Origin: Spirochaetia bacterium
GTDB taxonomy: Bacteria; Spirochaetota; Spirochaetia; SZUA-6; Bin103
NCBI GenBank assembly: GCA_965203905.1
Contig: CBDBDQ010000005.1
Coordinates: forward strand, 1,824,001-1,888,000
DNA: 64,000 nucleotides
Reading direction: 5' to 3'
Position numbers and translations under genes: made by a program. The notes under the pieces were generated by a model. It was not told where the DNA came from, ran no database searches, and was given only the letters and a program-made list of their open reading frames with translations. This document shows positions 26,902 through 37,309 of the stretch, in pieces (position 1 is the first letter of the stretch; every line of letters begins with the position of its first letter).

Positions 26902-29034
26902 CCAGGATTATCCCACGTTGCGCGACAAGCCGGCTGCAAGTCGTTGCTCCCGCTGCCATCGGACCGACACCCGAACGCCCAACTCGCCCCGCGGCGAGCG
27001 CCGATCACGTGGCCCCGTCTGGCGGCGGCGCGTACTCCCGATGCCGGAAGCGGTGGTGGGCTCGACAGCGCAGGCGCAAGTTGCCGGGCTCCGCACCGCC
27101 GCCGAGGGCGAAGGGAACGATGTGGTCGAGCTCCAGCAGGAAGCGGGAGCCGCAGCGCCGCCCGCTGTGCGGATCGACGTAACTGCAGCGGCCGCCGTCG
27201 CGGCGCCACACCTCGCGCCGCACTGCTGCCGGAATGTACCGGGATCGACGCGCCCGGTGGGCCGGCTGCGGGCTGCCACGGGACGGGCCGGCTGCCGCCG
27301 CCTGCGGCCGCGAATGGCCATCGAGCTGCACCGCTCCTGCCCGCTTCGCCGCTCCGGCCCGCTTCGCTGGCGAAGGAGCGCTGCGACCACGATCCGCCGC
27401 TGCCGTCGCGGTCGGCATGGTCTGGTCTACCGGCGGCGTCGGTACGGAGGCGCGGGACCCGCAACCAGCCACCAACTTCGCCGCCGAAGCAGCGGTGCCG
27501 GGCGCCGCCGCCGCTGGCTTGGCACTCACCGGGGTGATGCTGCCGCCAGTCTCGCGCCCCGACGGCGGCGCGGGCAGCGCTGCCACCGCCGAGGTGCCGG
27601 CGCCGCCAATCCCGCGCGCGGGCTCCTCTGCGGACAGCGCTGCCGGCGCCGGGGTGCCGGCGCTCGTGCCCTCCGGCGTCGGCGGCACTCCGGGTTGCTC
27701 TTGCGCGTCCCGCTTCGCCGGCGAAGTCGCCTCGCCCGCCGGCCCTTCCTGCGCCTTCGGCTCCGGCGCCTGGCCCGCGCTTGTCTCCCGGCGCCCACCT
27801 CTGCGCCCGCGCGGCGACCGCCCCGGGTCGTAGCGCTGCAGGCCATCCTGGACCAGCCGCTCCACGAGCTGCCCCAGCGTCAGGTGCGGGTCCACGTGCG
27901 ACAGCAGTGCCCGTAGCTGCTCGATCCCACCCTGACAGGCAGAGTCGATCGCCACCTTCAGCTCCCAGCGCTCGTCGCCCAGCGCCCGCATGCGATCGGC
28001 CGGGCGCGCCAGCTCGGGAGCCACCCCGGCCAACAACTGCTTCACCTCGCGGGTGCTCTTGCCGCTCGCCTGCGCCACCAGCTCCTGCCGCTGCGCCGCG
28101 TCCAGCGCCGGCACCGGTCGCGCGGGCGCCGCTGCCGCGGTCCCCGAAGCCCCCGCCTCCGGCGTCGTCCCCGTGCCGCCCGGCAGCAGCTCCGGTGCCG
28201 CGGGTGCCTCGCCGGGGTCCGCGGCGGCGGTCGCGGTGCGCTGCAGGAGATCGAAGGTGTTCTGCAACTGCGCTGCGGCGCTCAGGGTGAGCGAGCCGTC
28301 CTGCAGCCGCTCGCGTGTTCCGTCGGTATCGGAGCACAGGCGCATCGCCTTTATGCGGCGCCAGGCGGCACCCTCGCTGTAGCCCAACTCGCGCACCGCG
28401 TAGTCGAACAGGCTGGAGAACCCGAGGCGCAGGTGGAGGTGGCGGGCGTGGATCTCGCGCAGGTGGTCGAGGACGGCGAGCTGCAGCGCCTGCTCGTGCA
28501 GGACGAGGGACCTGGTATGCGCCAGCAGCACCTGGTCGGGGAGCCAGGAGAGAGAGGAGGAGAAGCCGGGAGCGGTCGCGGTAGCCACAGTAGCCATGGC
28601 GTAAATATAATCATGGTTGAGAAATGACCGGTTTCGGCAAGTCCCGGGACGGGCACCGGGAAGGGCTCAGGCCGGCGCTGGCGGGGTGCTGACGGTCCTG
28701 GAGGGCGTGGCGGGATGTTCGAAGGGTCGGAGGGGCCGGAAGGTGCGGCAGGAGGCCGTCATAAGCAGCGCCAAACCCGTCAAGTGCTCAGCGAACTTTT
28801 TTTGGCACTTTTTCGCAGAATCCGGCGAATCCTGCACTGCGGCGCTGGCGTGGCAGCAATGCATCGGCGGAGACCGGCGTTGCGCATGGGCGGCGACACG
28901 CCCATTCCTGGACAGATGGTACAGCGAACGATCCACGCACCTTGAAGGCGGCGGCGGCCTGGCAGGCGTGGGGCCATCACCGCAGCTCGGCCACGCACGG
29001 GATGCAGACGTCCGTCAGCATGGGATGGCCCTGG
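26902..29034 (-). mobile_element. HNH-gene repeat element, copy 2, with imperfect TIRs and 7-bp TSD
   Basis: GTTGCTG at 26895-26901 and 29035-29041; ends read inward CCAGGATTATCCCACGTTG and CCAGGGCCATCCCATGCTG (14/19 match). Confidence 0.75.
27005..28597 (-). CDS. HNH endonuclease domain protein (paralog of 9171-10820)
   Basis: Near-identical N-domain and HNH domain (ELDHIVPFALGG...NLRLRCRAHH). Confidence 0.9.
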   Translation of the reverse strand: MATVATATAPGFSSSLSWLPDQVLLAHTRSLVLHEQALQLAVLDHLREIHARHLHLRLGFSSLFDYAVRELGYSEGAAWRRIKAMRLCSDTDGTRERLQDGSLTLSAAAQLQNTFDLLQRTATAAADPGEAPAAPELLPGGTGTTPEAGASGTAAAAPARPVPALDAAQRQELVAQASGKSTREVKQLLAGVAPELARPADRMRALGDERWELKVAIDSACQGGIEQLRALLSHVDPHLTLGQLVERLVQDGLQRYDPGRSPRGRRGGRRETSAGQAPEPKAQEGPAGEATSPAKRDAQEQPGVPPTPEGTSAGTPAPAALSAEEPARGIGGAGTSAVAALPAPPSGRETGGSITPVSAKPAAAAPGTAASAAKLVAGCGSRASVPTPPVDQTMPTATAAADRGRSAPSPAKRAGAAKRAGAVQLDGHSRPQAAAAGPSRGSPQPAHRARRSRYIPAAVRREVWRRDGGRCSYVDPHSGRRCGSRFLLELDHIVPFALGGGAEPGNLRLRCRAHHRFRHREYAPPPDGAT

Positions 29035-29104
29035 GTTGCTGGCTGTGCTCGTTGTCCAAATGTGATGTTCTTGTACGATACTTGAGAAACTGGTGGTTGC
29101 GTTC

Positions 29105-29515
29105 ATGCAGGACACGCTCTCAGTTTCTGAGGTGCGCGAGAAGCTCGCCGAGGTCACCGGTCTGCTCGACGCTCTCGATGCGCTCGCAGACTATCGCGCG
29201 AACGGCGGCGTCGATCTGGAGGCCCTCAAGAAGAACTCGGTCTTTGATTCACCGAATCGTCGAGGTTGCCTTGTTCTCGGTGACGGCGACGTCGTACAGG
29301 TGGTCCACTGCTTGCTGTGCAGTGATCATGCGTGGCTCACGCCGTGGCAGGCAGGCCGTTGTGCGTGCCCACCTCGCCCGTGGACACTTGGGCCGTGCTC
29401 AGGAGACCGCCGCTCTCGCGGCGCAGGCGGTCGAGTCCGACTGCGAAGTACACGGGGTCGACCTCGATCCCGATGCTGTTTCTGCCGCAGGCGGCGGCAG
29501 CCACCTGGGAAGTAG
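29105..29515 (+). CDS. Hypothetical protein overlapping the methyltransferase 3' end
   Basis: Helical N-terminus MQDTLSVSEVREKLAEVTGLLDAL, CxxC; upstream TTGTCC...TACGAT promoter-like sequence. Confidence 0.35.
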   Translation: MQDTLSVSEVREKLAEVTGLLDALDALADYRANGGVDLEALKKNSVFDSPNRRGCLVLGDGDVVQVVHCLLCSDHAWLTPWQAGRCACPPRPWTLGPCSGDRRSRGAGGRVRLRSTRGRPRSRCCFCRRRRQPPGK

Positions 29516-30332
29516 CGGTGCCGTTGAACGGATCGAGCACCGTGTCCCCGACGAAGCTGAACATGCGGATCAGTCGGTCCGCCAGGGCGACCGGAAAGGG
29601 AGCCGGGTGGTCGCGGGTCGACTCACCCGGGATGTCGGCCCAGATCTGTCGAAAGAACCGCTTGAACGAGGACTCCGACAGCAGGCTGAGTATCCGTGCA
29701 GCAAGGTCGGGTTTGCGGTAGCCGCCTCCCTTCCGCTGCATCAGGATGAATTCGATGTCGTTCTTGATTACGGCGTTGGGCTCGTACGGCTTGCCCAGGA
29801 ATCCACCGGCGCCGCGCTTCATCTCGTAGGTCGCGTTGGCGATCTTGCTCCATATGATCGGCGCCAGGTTGTCGAAGCCGATCTCCCGGCAGTGCTCCTG
29901 GATCGAAGCGTGCAACGGCACCACCGTGTGCTTGCCGCGGTTCCTGCGCCGCGCCAGACAAACATCGCCGACAACGCAAATGAGCCGTCCCCCCGGCACC
30001 AGCGCCGCGTGGCACATGCGCCACACCTGGTCCAGCTGGCTGAAAAACTCCTCATAGTCCTCGATCCACCCCAACTGGCCGTCGGCCCGGCGGTACTCCT
30101 TGAGGATCCAGTACGGTGGGGACGTGACCACGAGGTGAACCGAGCCGGCGGGCAGCGCCGCCAGCCGCGCGTCTCCGAGCAGCAACCGATGTCGGGTGGG
30201 GACTTCGACCACGGCTGCCTCAATGGATGCTATCGCTGACCGGCTCTTCGCCAGCCGTGGCAGATCACGCGACGGGTCCGCAAGATCGCGGAGTGGCTCA
30301 GGGACGAGCGTACCGAGCACGGACTGCCTCAC
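29337..30332 (-). CDS. Site-specific DNA methyltransferase (N4/N6 family, beta motif order)
   Basis: VTSPPYW catalytic motif precedes HPAPFP and VLDPFNGTAT SAM-binding motif. Confidence 0.92.
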   Translation of the reverse strand: MRQSVLGTLVPEPLRDLADPSRDLPRLAKSRSAIASIEAAVVEVPTRHRLLLGDARLAALPAGSVHLVVTSPPYWILKEYRRADGQLGWIEDYEEFFSQLDQVWRMCHAALVPGGRLICVVGDVCLARRRNRGKHTVVPLHASIQEHCREIGFDNLAPIIWSKIANATYEMKRGAGGFLGKPYEPNAVIKNDIEFILMQRKGGGYRKPDLAARILSLLSESSFKRFFRQIWADIPGESTRDHPAPFPVALADRLIRMFSFVGDTVLDPFNGTATSQVAAAACGRNSIGIEVDPVYFAVGLDRLRRESGGLLSTAQVSTGEVGTHNGLPATA

Positions 30333-30430
30333 GTGCACAAGTATAGCCCGCGAGCACTGGTCGTGACACGATGAACTATAAGCGTTGAGTTAGAACGTCG
30401 GCCAACCGTGCCACTGAATTCACTGGTGCG

Positions 30431-30849
30431 TCATAGGTGCCGTTTCGAAGAGAGTGCTTTCAGTATTGGGGTATTGCGTTCCACCAGTACGGAGGCTGAG
30501 TGCAGTATGTCAGATTCATTCGTTGAGGAGTGTTTCTTATACGATTGCACCACGTTCACGGGCCACGTTACAAACCTGTCCGCTCGACGAACCGGCGAAG
30601 ACCGTGAACTCAGCTTGTCGCCAAGGAGCATCGGTTCGGAACGGTAGTTGCAAAGAAGTGAAACTCTCCGCATGGGTATGTGTTGCTTGTTGTTGTGTGA
30701 CTCATAGAGCAGTGATGCGGAGCACAGTTCGTGATACTTCTCGGCAACACGGCTGCGACGCTGTGCTGTGAAGTATTTCGTCAACTCGCCGAAGGGTCGG
30801 TGTCCACTCACTGGATCAGTCCCTCCTCCCGCAACTCGTCAAGATACTC
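30431..30849 (-). pseudogene. Degenerate toxin tail plus XRE antitoxin remnant
   Basis: EYLDELREEGLIQ* (30808-30849) coupled to MSGHRPFGELTKYFTAQRRSRV..., which then loses any HTH similarity. Confidence 0.5.
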
Positions 30850-31282
30850 ACCGAATAATGTCGTTTTCGTCGCAATCCTGGATTGCCTTAGGTATCACTC
30901 GTGCGAACAAACGAAGCGCACGCACGATTAGGAAGGAGGTTACTCCCTCTCCAAATGGAAGATAGTAGTCCACCATCAATATGTCTGGTGCTTCCAACGG
31001 CACTGAGAAACGACAAAAAATAACATCGTCATTCATCTTGTTGACGAACGCGTGCTTGGATTCCAGCGACGCGGTGTTCTCGAACCGATATACGGCTGTG
31101 TATCTCAGTAGTTTATTGTCCGCGTTGATGCTGACAAATACCGTTGGATCATCGGTCTCAACACGTACATCACCGTCGTCGTCCAGGGACGCGCTAAAGA
31201 ACGCGCGACGGAAAAGGTCTCGGATGGTATCCGGTGTAACTTCGTTCTCGGCGATGATCTCTAAAGTTTCTGTGGACTTCAT
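30848..31282 (-). CDS. YbjN-like (T3SS-chaperone-fold) protein
   Basis: LDDDGDVRVE...FVNKMNDDVIFCRF...DYYLPFGEGVT; RBS GAAGGA. Confidence 0.7.
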   Translation of the reverse strand: MKSTETLEIIAENEVTPDTIRDLFRRAFFSASLDDDGDVRVETDDPTVFVSINADNKLLRYTAVYRFENTASLESKHAFVNKMNDDVIFCRFSVPLEAPDILMVDYYLPFGEGVTSFLIVRALRLFARVIPKAIQDCDENDIIR

Positions 31283-31408
31283 GGATCCTTCGTCATGTTA
31301 CCCTAAGGAAGGTTGGTCGCGTTGTCAACCGTCGCGCTGGACGACTGTTGGTAGTGTATGCGGCAGCGCGCGAGTAGATTGGAACACAACGGAGGCTGAG
31401 CGTCATCT

Positions 31409-32623
31409 CTACAGCGTGAACTGCTGGCGGACTTTGCCGGTGCCGACGAATTGGGAGAGCAGGCGATAGTCCTGGCGTTCGAACCGGATCCGGCCCGCAA
31501 CCGTCGCGGGGTGGACCTGCAGGTGGTGGGCGAGACTCATGACGCCCAACGGTGTCGGATGGTTCCGCACCGGGCTGGTTTCCCATTCGGCGCTCGGGAT
31601 GAGCGCCTCGGCGGCCCATTCGTCGGCTTCTGCTTCGCGCTGGTCTTCCACTCCTGGTTGCGGCTTGCGGAGCGTCAGGTCATCCACGAACGCGGTGCCG
31701 GTGTCGTGGTCCAAGTGACGGCCCACGTGCGCCAGCTCGTGGAGCAGGCAGAACCAGAAGCTGTCGATTCGGTCGTTGCGCAGGGTGAGCGCGACTACCG
31801 GCCGGCCGTCGCCGAGGCGCAGCGCGGCTCCGTCGAGATAGGTCCGTGGCAGATGCCGCTCGATGATCAGCGGGATTCCGTGTTGTGCGAGAAACTCCTG
31901 GGCGCCGCGGGGGCCGTTCTCCGACCAGCTCAATCGCACGACCTGCCTCAGGAACTCCAACGTGACGGTACCGCGTTCGTATGCGGCGTTCGGTGGGGTG
32001 CCGTTGGCCGTCGCCAGCACCTGCCAGCACCATGCATGCAGGGCATATGGGTCGGTCTTGGCGTTGGTACGCAGGTGGTCATTCTTGCGGTACAGGGCGG
32101 CGCGCGCCACCTGCCAGCCGCCGGCGCGGTCGATCAGATCGCGTACCAGGCCCTCCGCCTGCTCCGCCAGGTCGGGGACAGACGGAATCCAGTGGCGCTT
32201 GGCCATCTCCTTGAGCGGGAAGCGGCGCCATTGAATGTCGTCGACGGGCTGGTCGGCCATGGTACTCGGCGCTCGGAGCAGCACCTCCGCCGGAATGCCG
32301 AGGTGCTGATGCAGCGCCCGCGCCATCGGCATGGTGATCGAGCGTTTGCCGGAGAGCACCTCGGAAACCTTGGCGCGGCTGCCGATGAAGCGGACCAGAT
32401 CGCGCGGCGCCAGACCCTGCTGCTCCATCCGGAACTTGATCGCCGCGATGGGGCTGGGATATCCCATCGGCTCATGCTTGCTCTCGTACAGCTCGACCAG
32501 GTCGACCAGGACGTCCAGCTCTTCCCCTTCCGGGCTTCCCACCTCGGCATCCATCAACTCGTCGACCCGGGCCAGCGCGGCTGCGTAGCCGGACTCCGTC
32601 CGGATTGGCTTGACCTCGGCCAT
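31409..32623 (-). CDS. higA: HigA-type HTH antitoxin fused to ImmA/IrrE (DUF955) metallopeptidase
   Basis: IRTESGYAAAL...SPIAAIKFRMEQQGL...SEVLSGKR; FWFCLLHELAH (HExxH), EAEADEWA. Confidence 0.88.
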   Translation of the reverse strand: MAEVKPIRTESGYAAALARVDELMDAEVGSPEGEELDVLVDLVELYESKHEPMGYPSPIAAIKFRMEQQGLAPRDLVRFIGSRAKVSEVLSGKRSITMPMARALHQHLGIPAEVLLRAPSTMADQPVDDIQWRRFPLKEMAKRHWIPSVPDLAEQAEGLVRDLIDRAGGWQVARAALYRKNDHLRTNAKTDPYALHAWCWQVLATANGTPPNAAYERGTVTLEFLRQVVRLSWSENGPRGAQEFLAQHGIPLIIERHLPRTYLDGAALRLGDGRPVVALTLRNDRIDSFWFCLLHELAHVGRHLDHDTGTAFVDDLTLRKPQPGVEDQREAEADEWAAEALIPSAEWETSPVRNHPTPLGVMSLAHHLQVHPATVAGRIRFERQDYRLLSQFVGTGKVRQQFTL

Positions 32624-32624
32624 T

Positions 32625-32945
32625 TCATACCTCCTCAGCGTACGGCGCGCGCTGTACGCGCGCCACGTTCACGCCGTCATACTCGGCATGGGTTCCGACG
32701 AAACGCACGTAGACGGTGCGGTATCCGTAGTTGATCTTCACCACCAACCGGTAGGCATTGCCCTTGATGTTGAACACCACGCGGTTGCCGGCGACGATGC
32801 TGGCGCTCGGGTAGCGCGCCTTGACCTTGGCCGGCATATCCCAATCTGCCTGTTGCGCTTCCCGGAACCAGGCGAGCAACGGTTCTTTTGCGTCCGGATG
32901 CCTTTCCCAGAACTCTCGTAGCGTCTTCTTCGCGATGACTCTCAA
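32625..32945 (-). CDS. higB: HigB mRNA interferase toxin
   Basis: RVIAKKTLREFWERHP, RVVFNIKGNAYRLV, FVGTHAEYD. Confidence 0.92.
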   Translation of the reverse strand: MRVIAKKTLREFWERHPDAKEPLLAWFREAQQADWDMPAKVKARYPSASIVAGNRVVFNIKGNAYRLVVKINYGYRTVYVRFVGTHAEYDGVNVARVQRAPYAEEV

Positions 32946-33061
32946 TCTACGTTGTTCCCAAAAAACTATCAAGTACCACGATCTCAGAATCACACAGTGA
33001 TTGTCAAATGGACGGGATGTTTGACGGGGGTGCGGTCGCGTCGTTACTCTGAGGGCGCGTC

Positions 33062-34141
33062 ATGAGCAGTTCCGCTACCGCTACCGTTGCTTCCGCACCA
33101 GCGCCGGAGGCCCGACCGGAACCGCTTCAGGTGGGCACCCGGCCGCGCATCCTCACCGGCGACCGGCCCACCGGGCCGCTGCACGTCGGCCACTACGTGG
33201 GCAGCGTCAAGAACCGTATCGAGTTGCAGGACCGGTACGAGTGCTTCTTCATCATCGCCGACGTGCATACCCTCACCACCCGGCCCGAGAAGGCGTTCGT
33301 GGGCGAGCTGGCGGACAACATCCGCGCGGTGGCGATCGACTACCTCGCCACCGGGATCGATCCCGAACGCTCCGTGATGTTCGTGCAGAGCGCGGTGCCG
33401 GAGACCTACGAGCTGAACACCCTGCTGGCGATGCTGACCACGGTGGCGCGGCTGGAGCGGGTGCCGAGCCTCAAGGAGATGGCGCAGGCGGCGCACCTGG
33501 AGGCGATGCCGTTCGGGCTGCTGGGCTACCCGGTGCTGCAGGCGGCCGACATCCTGCTGCCGCGCGCCAACCTGGTGCCGGTGGGCAAGGACAACGAGTC
33601 GCAGGTGGAGGTGAGCCGCGAGCTGGCGCGCCGCTTCAACCGCCTCTACGGGACCGTGTTCCCGGTGCCGGAGGTGCTGATCGGCGAGGTGCCCACCCTG
33701 GTCGGCACCGACGGCCAGGCGAAGATGAGCAAGAGCCTGGACAACACCATCTATCTCGGCGACGACGCCGCCACCGTGGAGCGCAAGGTGCGCGGCATGT
33801 ACACCGATCCGAACCGCGTGCGGGCGGACATCCCCGGCCGGGTGGAGGGCAACCCGGTGTTCATCTATCACGACGCGTTCAACCCCGACCGGGCCGAGGT
33901 GGAGGACCTGAAGAGCCGCTACCGCGCCGGCAAGGTGGGCGACGTGGAGGTGAAGCGCAAGCTGGCGCGCGCGCTCAACGGCTTCCTGGAGCCGATCCGG
34001 GAGCGGCGCGCGGCCCTGGAAGCCAGGCCGGAGACCGTCGCCGAGATCCTGCACGCCGGCAACCAGCGCATGCGGCGCGAGGCACGCGCCACCATGGAGC
34101 TGGTGCGCGAGGCCATGGGCTTCGGCTACCGGGAACGTTGA
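33062..34141 (+). CDS. trpS: Tryptophan--tRNA ligase
   Basis: [33 protein letters not shown]. Confidence 0.97.
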   Translation: MSSSATATVASAPAPEARPEPLQVGTRPRILTGDRPTGPLHVGHYVGSVKNRIELQDRYECFFIIADVHTLTTRPEKAFVGELADNIRAVAIDYLATGIDPERSVMFVQSAVPETYELNTLLAMLTTVARLERVPSLKEMAQAAHLEAMPFGLLGYPVLQAADILLPRANLVPVGKDNESQVEVSRELARRFNRLYGTVFPVPEVLIGEVPTLVGTDGQAKMSKSLDNTIYLGDDAATVERKVRGMYTDPNRVRADIPGRVEGNPVFIYHDAFNPDRAEVEDLKSRYRAGKVGDVEVKRKLARALNGFLEPIRERRAALEARPETVAEILHAGNQRMRREARATMELVREAMGFGYRER

Positions 34142-34206
34142 CCGCGCCCGGCCCGGCCGGGCCCGGCCGGCCGTTACTCTGAGCAAGGACGGAACGCAAG
34201 CAAGCG

Positions 34207-36081
34207 ATGGCAAAGCACCGTTTCAAGACCGAGGTCAGCCAGTTGCTGGACCTCATCATCCACTCGCTGTACTCGCACCAGGAGATATTCCTGCGCGAGC
34301 TGGTCTCCAACGCCTCCGACGCGCTGGACAAGCTGCGCTACCTGACCCTCACCGACGAGGACTTCAAGGGCGTGCCGTTCACGCCGCGCGTCGATATCTC
34401 CTTCGACTCCGAAAGCGAGCCGAAGACGTTGACGGTGGCCGACAGCGGCATCGGCATGAGCGCCGACGAGCTACGCGACAACCTGGGCACCATCGCGCGC
34501 TCGGGAACCAGGCGCTTCCTCGACGCGATGCAGAAAGACGCCAAGGAGGGCGCCCCCGGCGACGCCAACCTGATCGGCCAGTTCGGAGTGGGGTTCTACT
34601 CCAGCTTCATGGTGGCCGACCGGGTCGAGGTGCTCAGCCTGCGCGCCGGCGAGGACCAGGCGCAGCGCTGGGTGAGCGGCGGCCGCGGCTCCTACGAGAT
34701 CACCCCCGCGGAGCGCACCGGTGCCGGCACCACGGTCACCCTGCAGCTCAACGAGGCGGGCGCCGAGTTCGCCTCGCGCTGGCAGATCGAGTCGCTGGTC
34801 AAGAAGTACTCCAATCACATCCCCTACCCGATCCACCTCCATTACACGGAGACCAAGGACGACAAGACGGAGCCGCGCAGCGAGCAGATCAACGCCGCCT
34901 CGGCGCTGTGGAAGCGGCCCAAGTCGGAGCTGAGCGACAGCGACTACTTCGAGTTCTACCGCTCGCTTTCGCACGACGACGAGGACCCGCTGCACTACGT
35001 GCACACCCACGCCGAGGGCACCCAGGAGTACACCACCCTGTTCTTCGTGCCCAAGAAGGCACCGCCCGACCTGTACTACGCCGACTACCGGCCGGGGGTG
35101 AAGCTGTACGTCAAGCGGGTGTTCATCACCGACGACGACAAGGAGCTGCTGCCCACCTGGCTGCGCTTCGTGCGCGGGGTGATCGACTCCGAGGACCTGC
35201 CGCTCAACGTGAGTCGCGAGCTGCTGCAGAAGAACCGGCTGCTGACCAGCATCCGCAACGCCTCGGTCAAGAAACTGTTGAGCGAGTTTCAGGACCTGAC
35301 CAACAACCCCGAGCGCTATACCAGCTTCGTGACCGAGTTCGGACGGCCCCTCAAGGAGGGGCTGTACCAGGATTTCGCCAACCGCGAGGCGTTGCTGGAA
35401 CTGGTGCGGTTCCGCACCACCGCCCACGACGGCCTGACCAGCCTGAAGGAATACGTGGGCCGGATGCAGTCGGAGCAGAAGGCGATCTACTACATCACCG
35501 GCGAGCGCGGCGCCAACCTGCGCCACTCGCCGCTGCTGGAGATGTACCGCAAGCAGGAGCTCGAAGTGCTGCTGATGGACGACGAGATCGACGCCTTCGT
35601 GATTCCCACCATCGGCAAGTACCAGGAGCACGAGCTGAGGTCGGTCAACCGCAGCGATACCGCGGACGACCTCAAGACCGACGGCTCCCAGGAACGCGCC
35701 AAGCAGATCGAGCCGCTGCTCAAGCGCATCAAGGAGACGCTGGGGGACCAGGTGAAAGAGGTGAAGGCCAGCGCCCGGCTGAGCGACTCGCCAAGCTGCA
35801 TCGTCGCCGACGAGAATGATCCCACGGTATCGATGCAGCACGTGCTGCGGGCCCTGGGCCAGGAGGCGGACCAGTTTCGGCCGGTGCTGGAGATCAATCC
35901 GCAGCACCCCATCGTGGCCAAGCTGGAGGCCCTGGCGGAGGACGGCGCCGAGGACGGTCTGCTGGAGGATGCCAGCCGCCTGCTGCTGGAGCAGGCGTTG
36001 CTCATCGAGGGCGCCCAGCTCGCCGATCCGGTGGCGTTCGCCGCACGCCTCAACCGGTCACTGGAGCGCGCGCTGCCATGA
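34207..36081 (+). CDS. htpG: Chaperone HtpG (Hsp90)
   Basis: [44 protein letters not shown]. Confidence 0.97.
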
Positions 36082-37292
36082 CCCTGGCCGGCGCGCTGCA
36101 GTGGGCGGTGCTGGCGCTCTGCGCCTCGATGCTGCTCACCCACGGCGCGCTCGCGACGGGAGTGCTGCTCGCCCGCCGCCGCGACCGGCGCGCCCGCGCC
36201 GATTCCGCTGCCTCCTCCGGGCACCCGCCGGTGTCGGTGGTGGTGGCGGCGATGAACGAGCAGGAGGCGTTGCCGCGCCTGCTGGACTCCCTGGCCGCGC
36301 AGAGCACCACAGCCTTCGAGCTGGTGCTGGTCGACGACCGTTCCAGCGACGCCACGGCCGCGATCATGGAGCAGCACCGGGCGGCCGCACCCTACCCGGT
36401 GCGGGTGGTGCGCAACCGGCGCCCGCCGGTGGACTGCACCGGCAAGCAGCAGGCGCTGGACCTGGGGGTGGCGGCGGCCGGCGGCGAGCTGCTGTTCTTC
36501 ACCGATGCCGACTGCATCGTGCCGCGCACCTGGGTGGAACGGCTCGCGGCATACTTCGCCGCTGACCGGGAGCGCAGCGTGGGCGTGGTGTTCGGCCAGC
36601 TTGCGGTATGCTCCGCCGCCCCCGAGCGGGGTGGATTCCTGGAACGCTACCAGGCGTTCGAGCAGCCCCTGGTGCATCAGTATTCCACCGGCACCGCGGG
36701 ACTGGGCACGCCCACCGGATGTTTCGGCAACAACCTGGCGCTGCGCGCACCGGTGCTGGCCCGTATCGGAGGGTTCCGCTCGCTGGGCTACACCCTGACC
36801 GAGGATGCGGCCCTGATCGGGGCGGCGAGCCGCGGCGGCTGGGGCGTGCGCGTCGCCACCCTGCCCGCCACCCAGATCACCACCGAGCCGCAACCGAGCT
36901 GGCGCGCATTCATCAACCAGCACGTGCGCTGGAACGCCGGCGCCTTCTACAGCAGCGACCGCGCCGCGGCCTGGGGCTACCGCTACGTGACGCTGTTCCT
37001 GATCCTGAGCGTGGCGGCGGCGCCGTGGGCGCTGCTGGCGCCGTGGCTGGCGGTGCTGCCGTTCACCTCGCTGCTGAGCATCGGCACCCTGGCCACCCTG
37101 GCCGCATTGCTGTATCGCCGGCGCCGGCTGCGCGCGCTGGCGCAGGTGGTGCCCTATACCCTGTTCTTCATGGGGTTCTACGCCTATATCACGGTCCTGG
37201 CGATCGTCGGGGTGCGCACCGATTGGAAGGGGTCGCGGCTGGCGGCCACCCACGCGCCGGCGGCGCCGAACACGGATCCAGGCTCGGGGTAG
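36078..37292 (+). CDS. Glycosyltransferase family 2, membrane
   Basis: VDDRSSD, GKQQAL, FTDADC, TEDA, QHVRW. Confidence 0.9.
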   Translation: MTLAGALQWAVLALCASMLLTHGALATGVLLARRRDRRARADSAASSGHPPVSVVVAAMNEQEALPRLLDSLAAQSTTAFELVLVDDRSSDATAAIMEQHRAAAPYPVRVVRNRRPPVDCTGKQQALDLGVAAAGGELLFFTDADCIVPRTWVERLAAYFAADRERSVGVVFGQLAVCSAAPERGGFLERYQAFEQPLVHQYSTGTAGLGTPTGCFGNNLALRAPVLARIGGFRSLGYTLTEDAALIGAASRGGWGVRVATLPATQITTEPQPSWRAFINQHVRWNAGAFYSSDRAAAWGYRYVTLFLILSVAAAPWALLAPWLAVLPFTSLLSIGTLATLAALLYRRRRLRALAQVVPYTLFFMGFYAYITVLAIVGVRTDWKGSRLAATHAPAAPNTDPGSG

Positions 37293-37309
37293 TGCGCCGA
37301 AGCCACCCC

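Noticed and set aside
28803-28817. TGGCACTTTTTCGCA as a sigma54 promoter in the HNH element arm
   Set aside because: GG-to-GC spacing is 9 nt rather than the required 10
30371-30400. MNY-SVELER, possible frameshifted HicB start
   Set aside because: Too short to support
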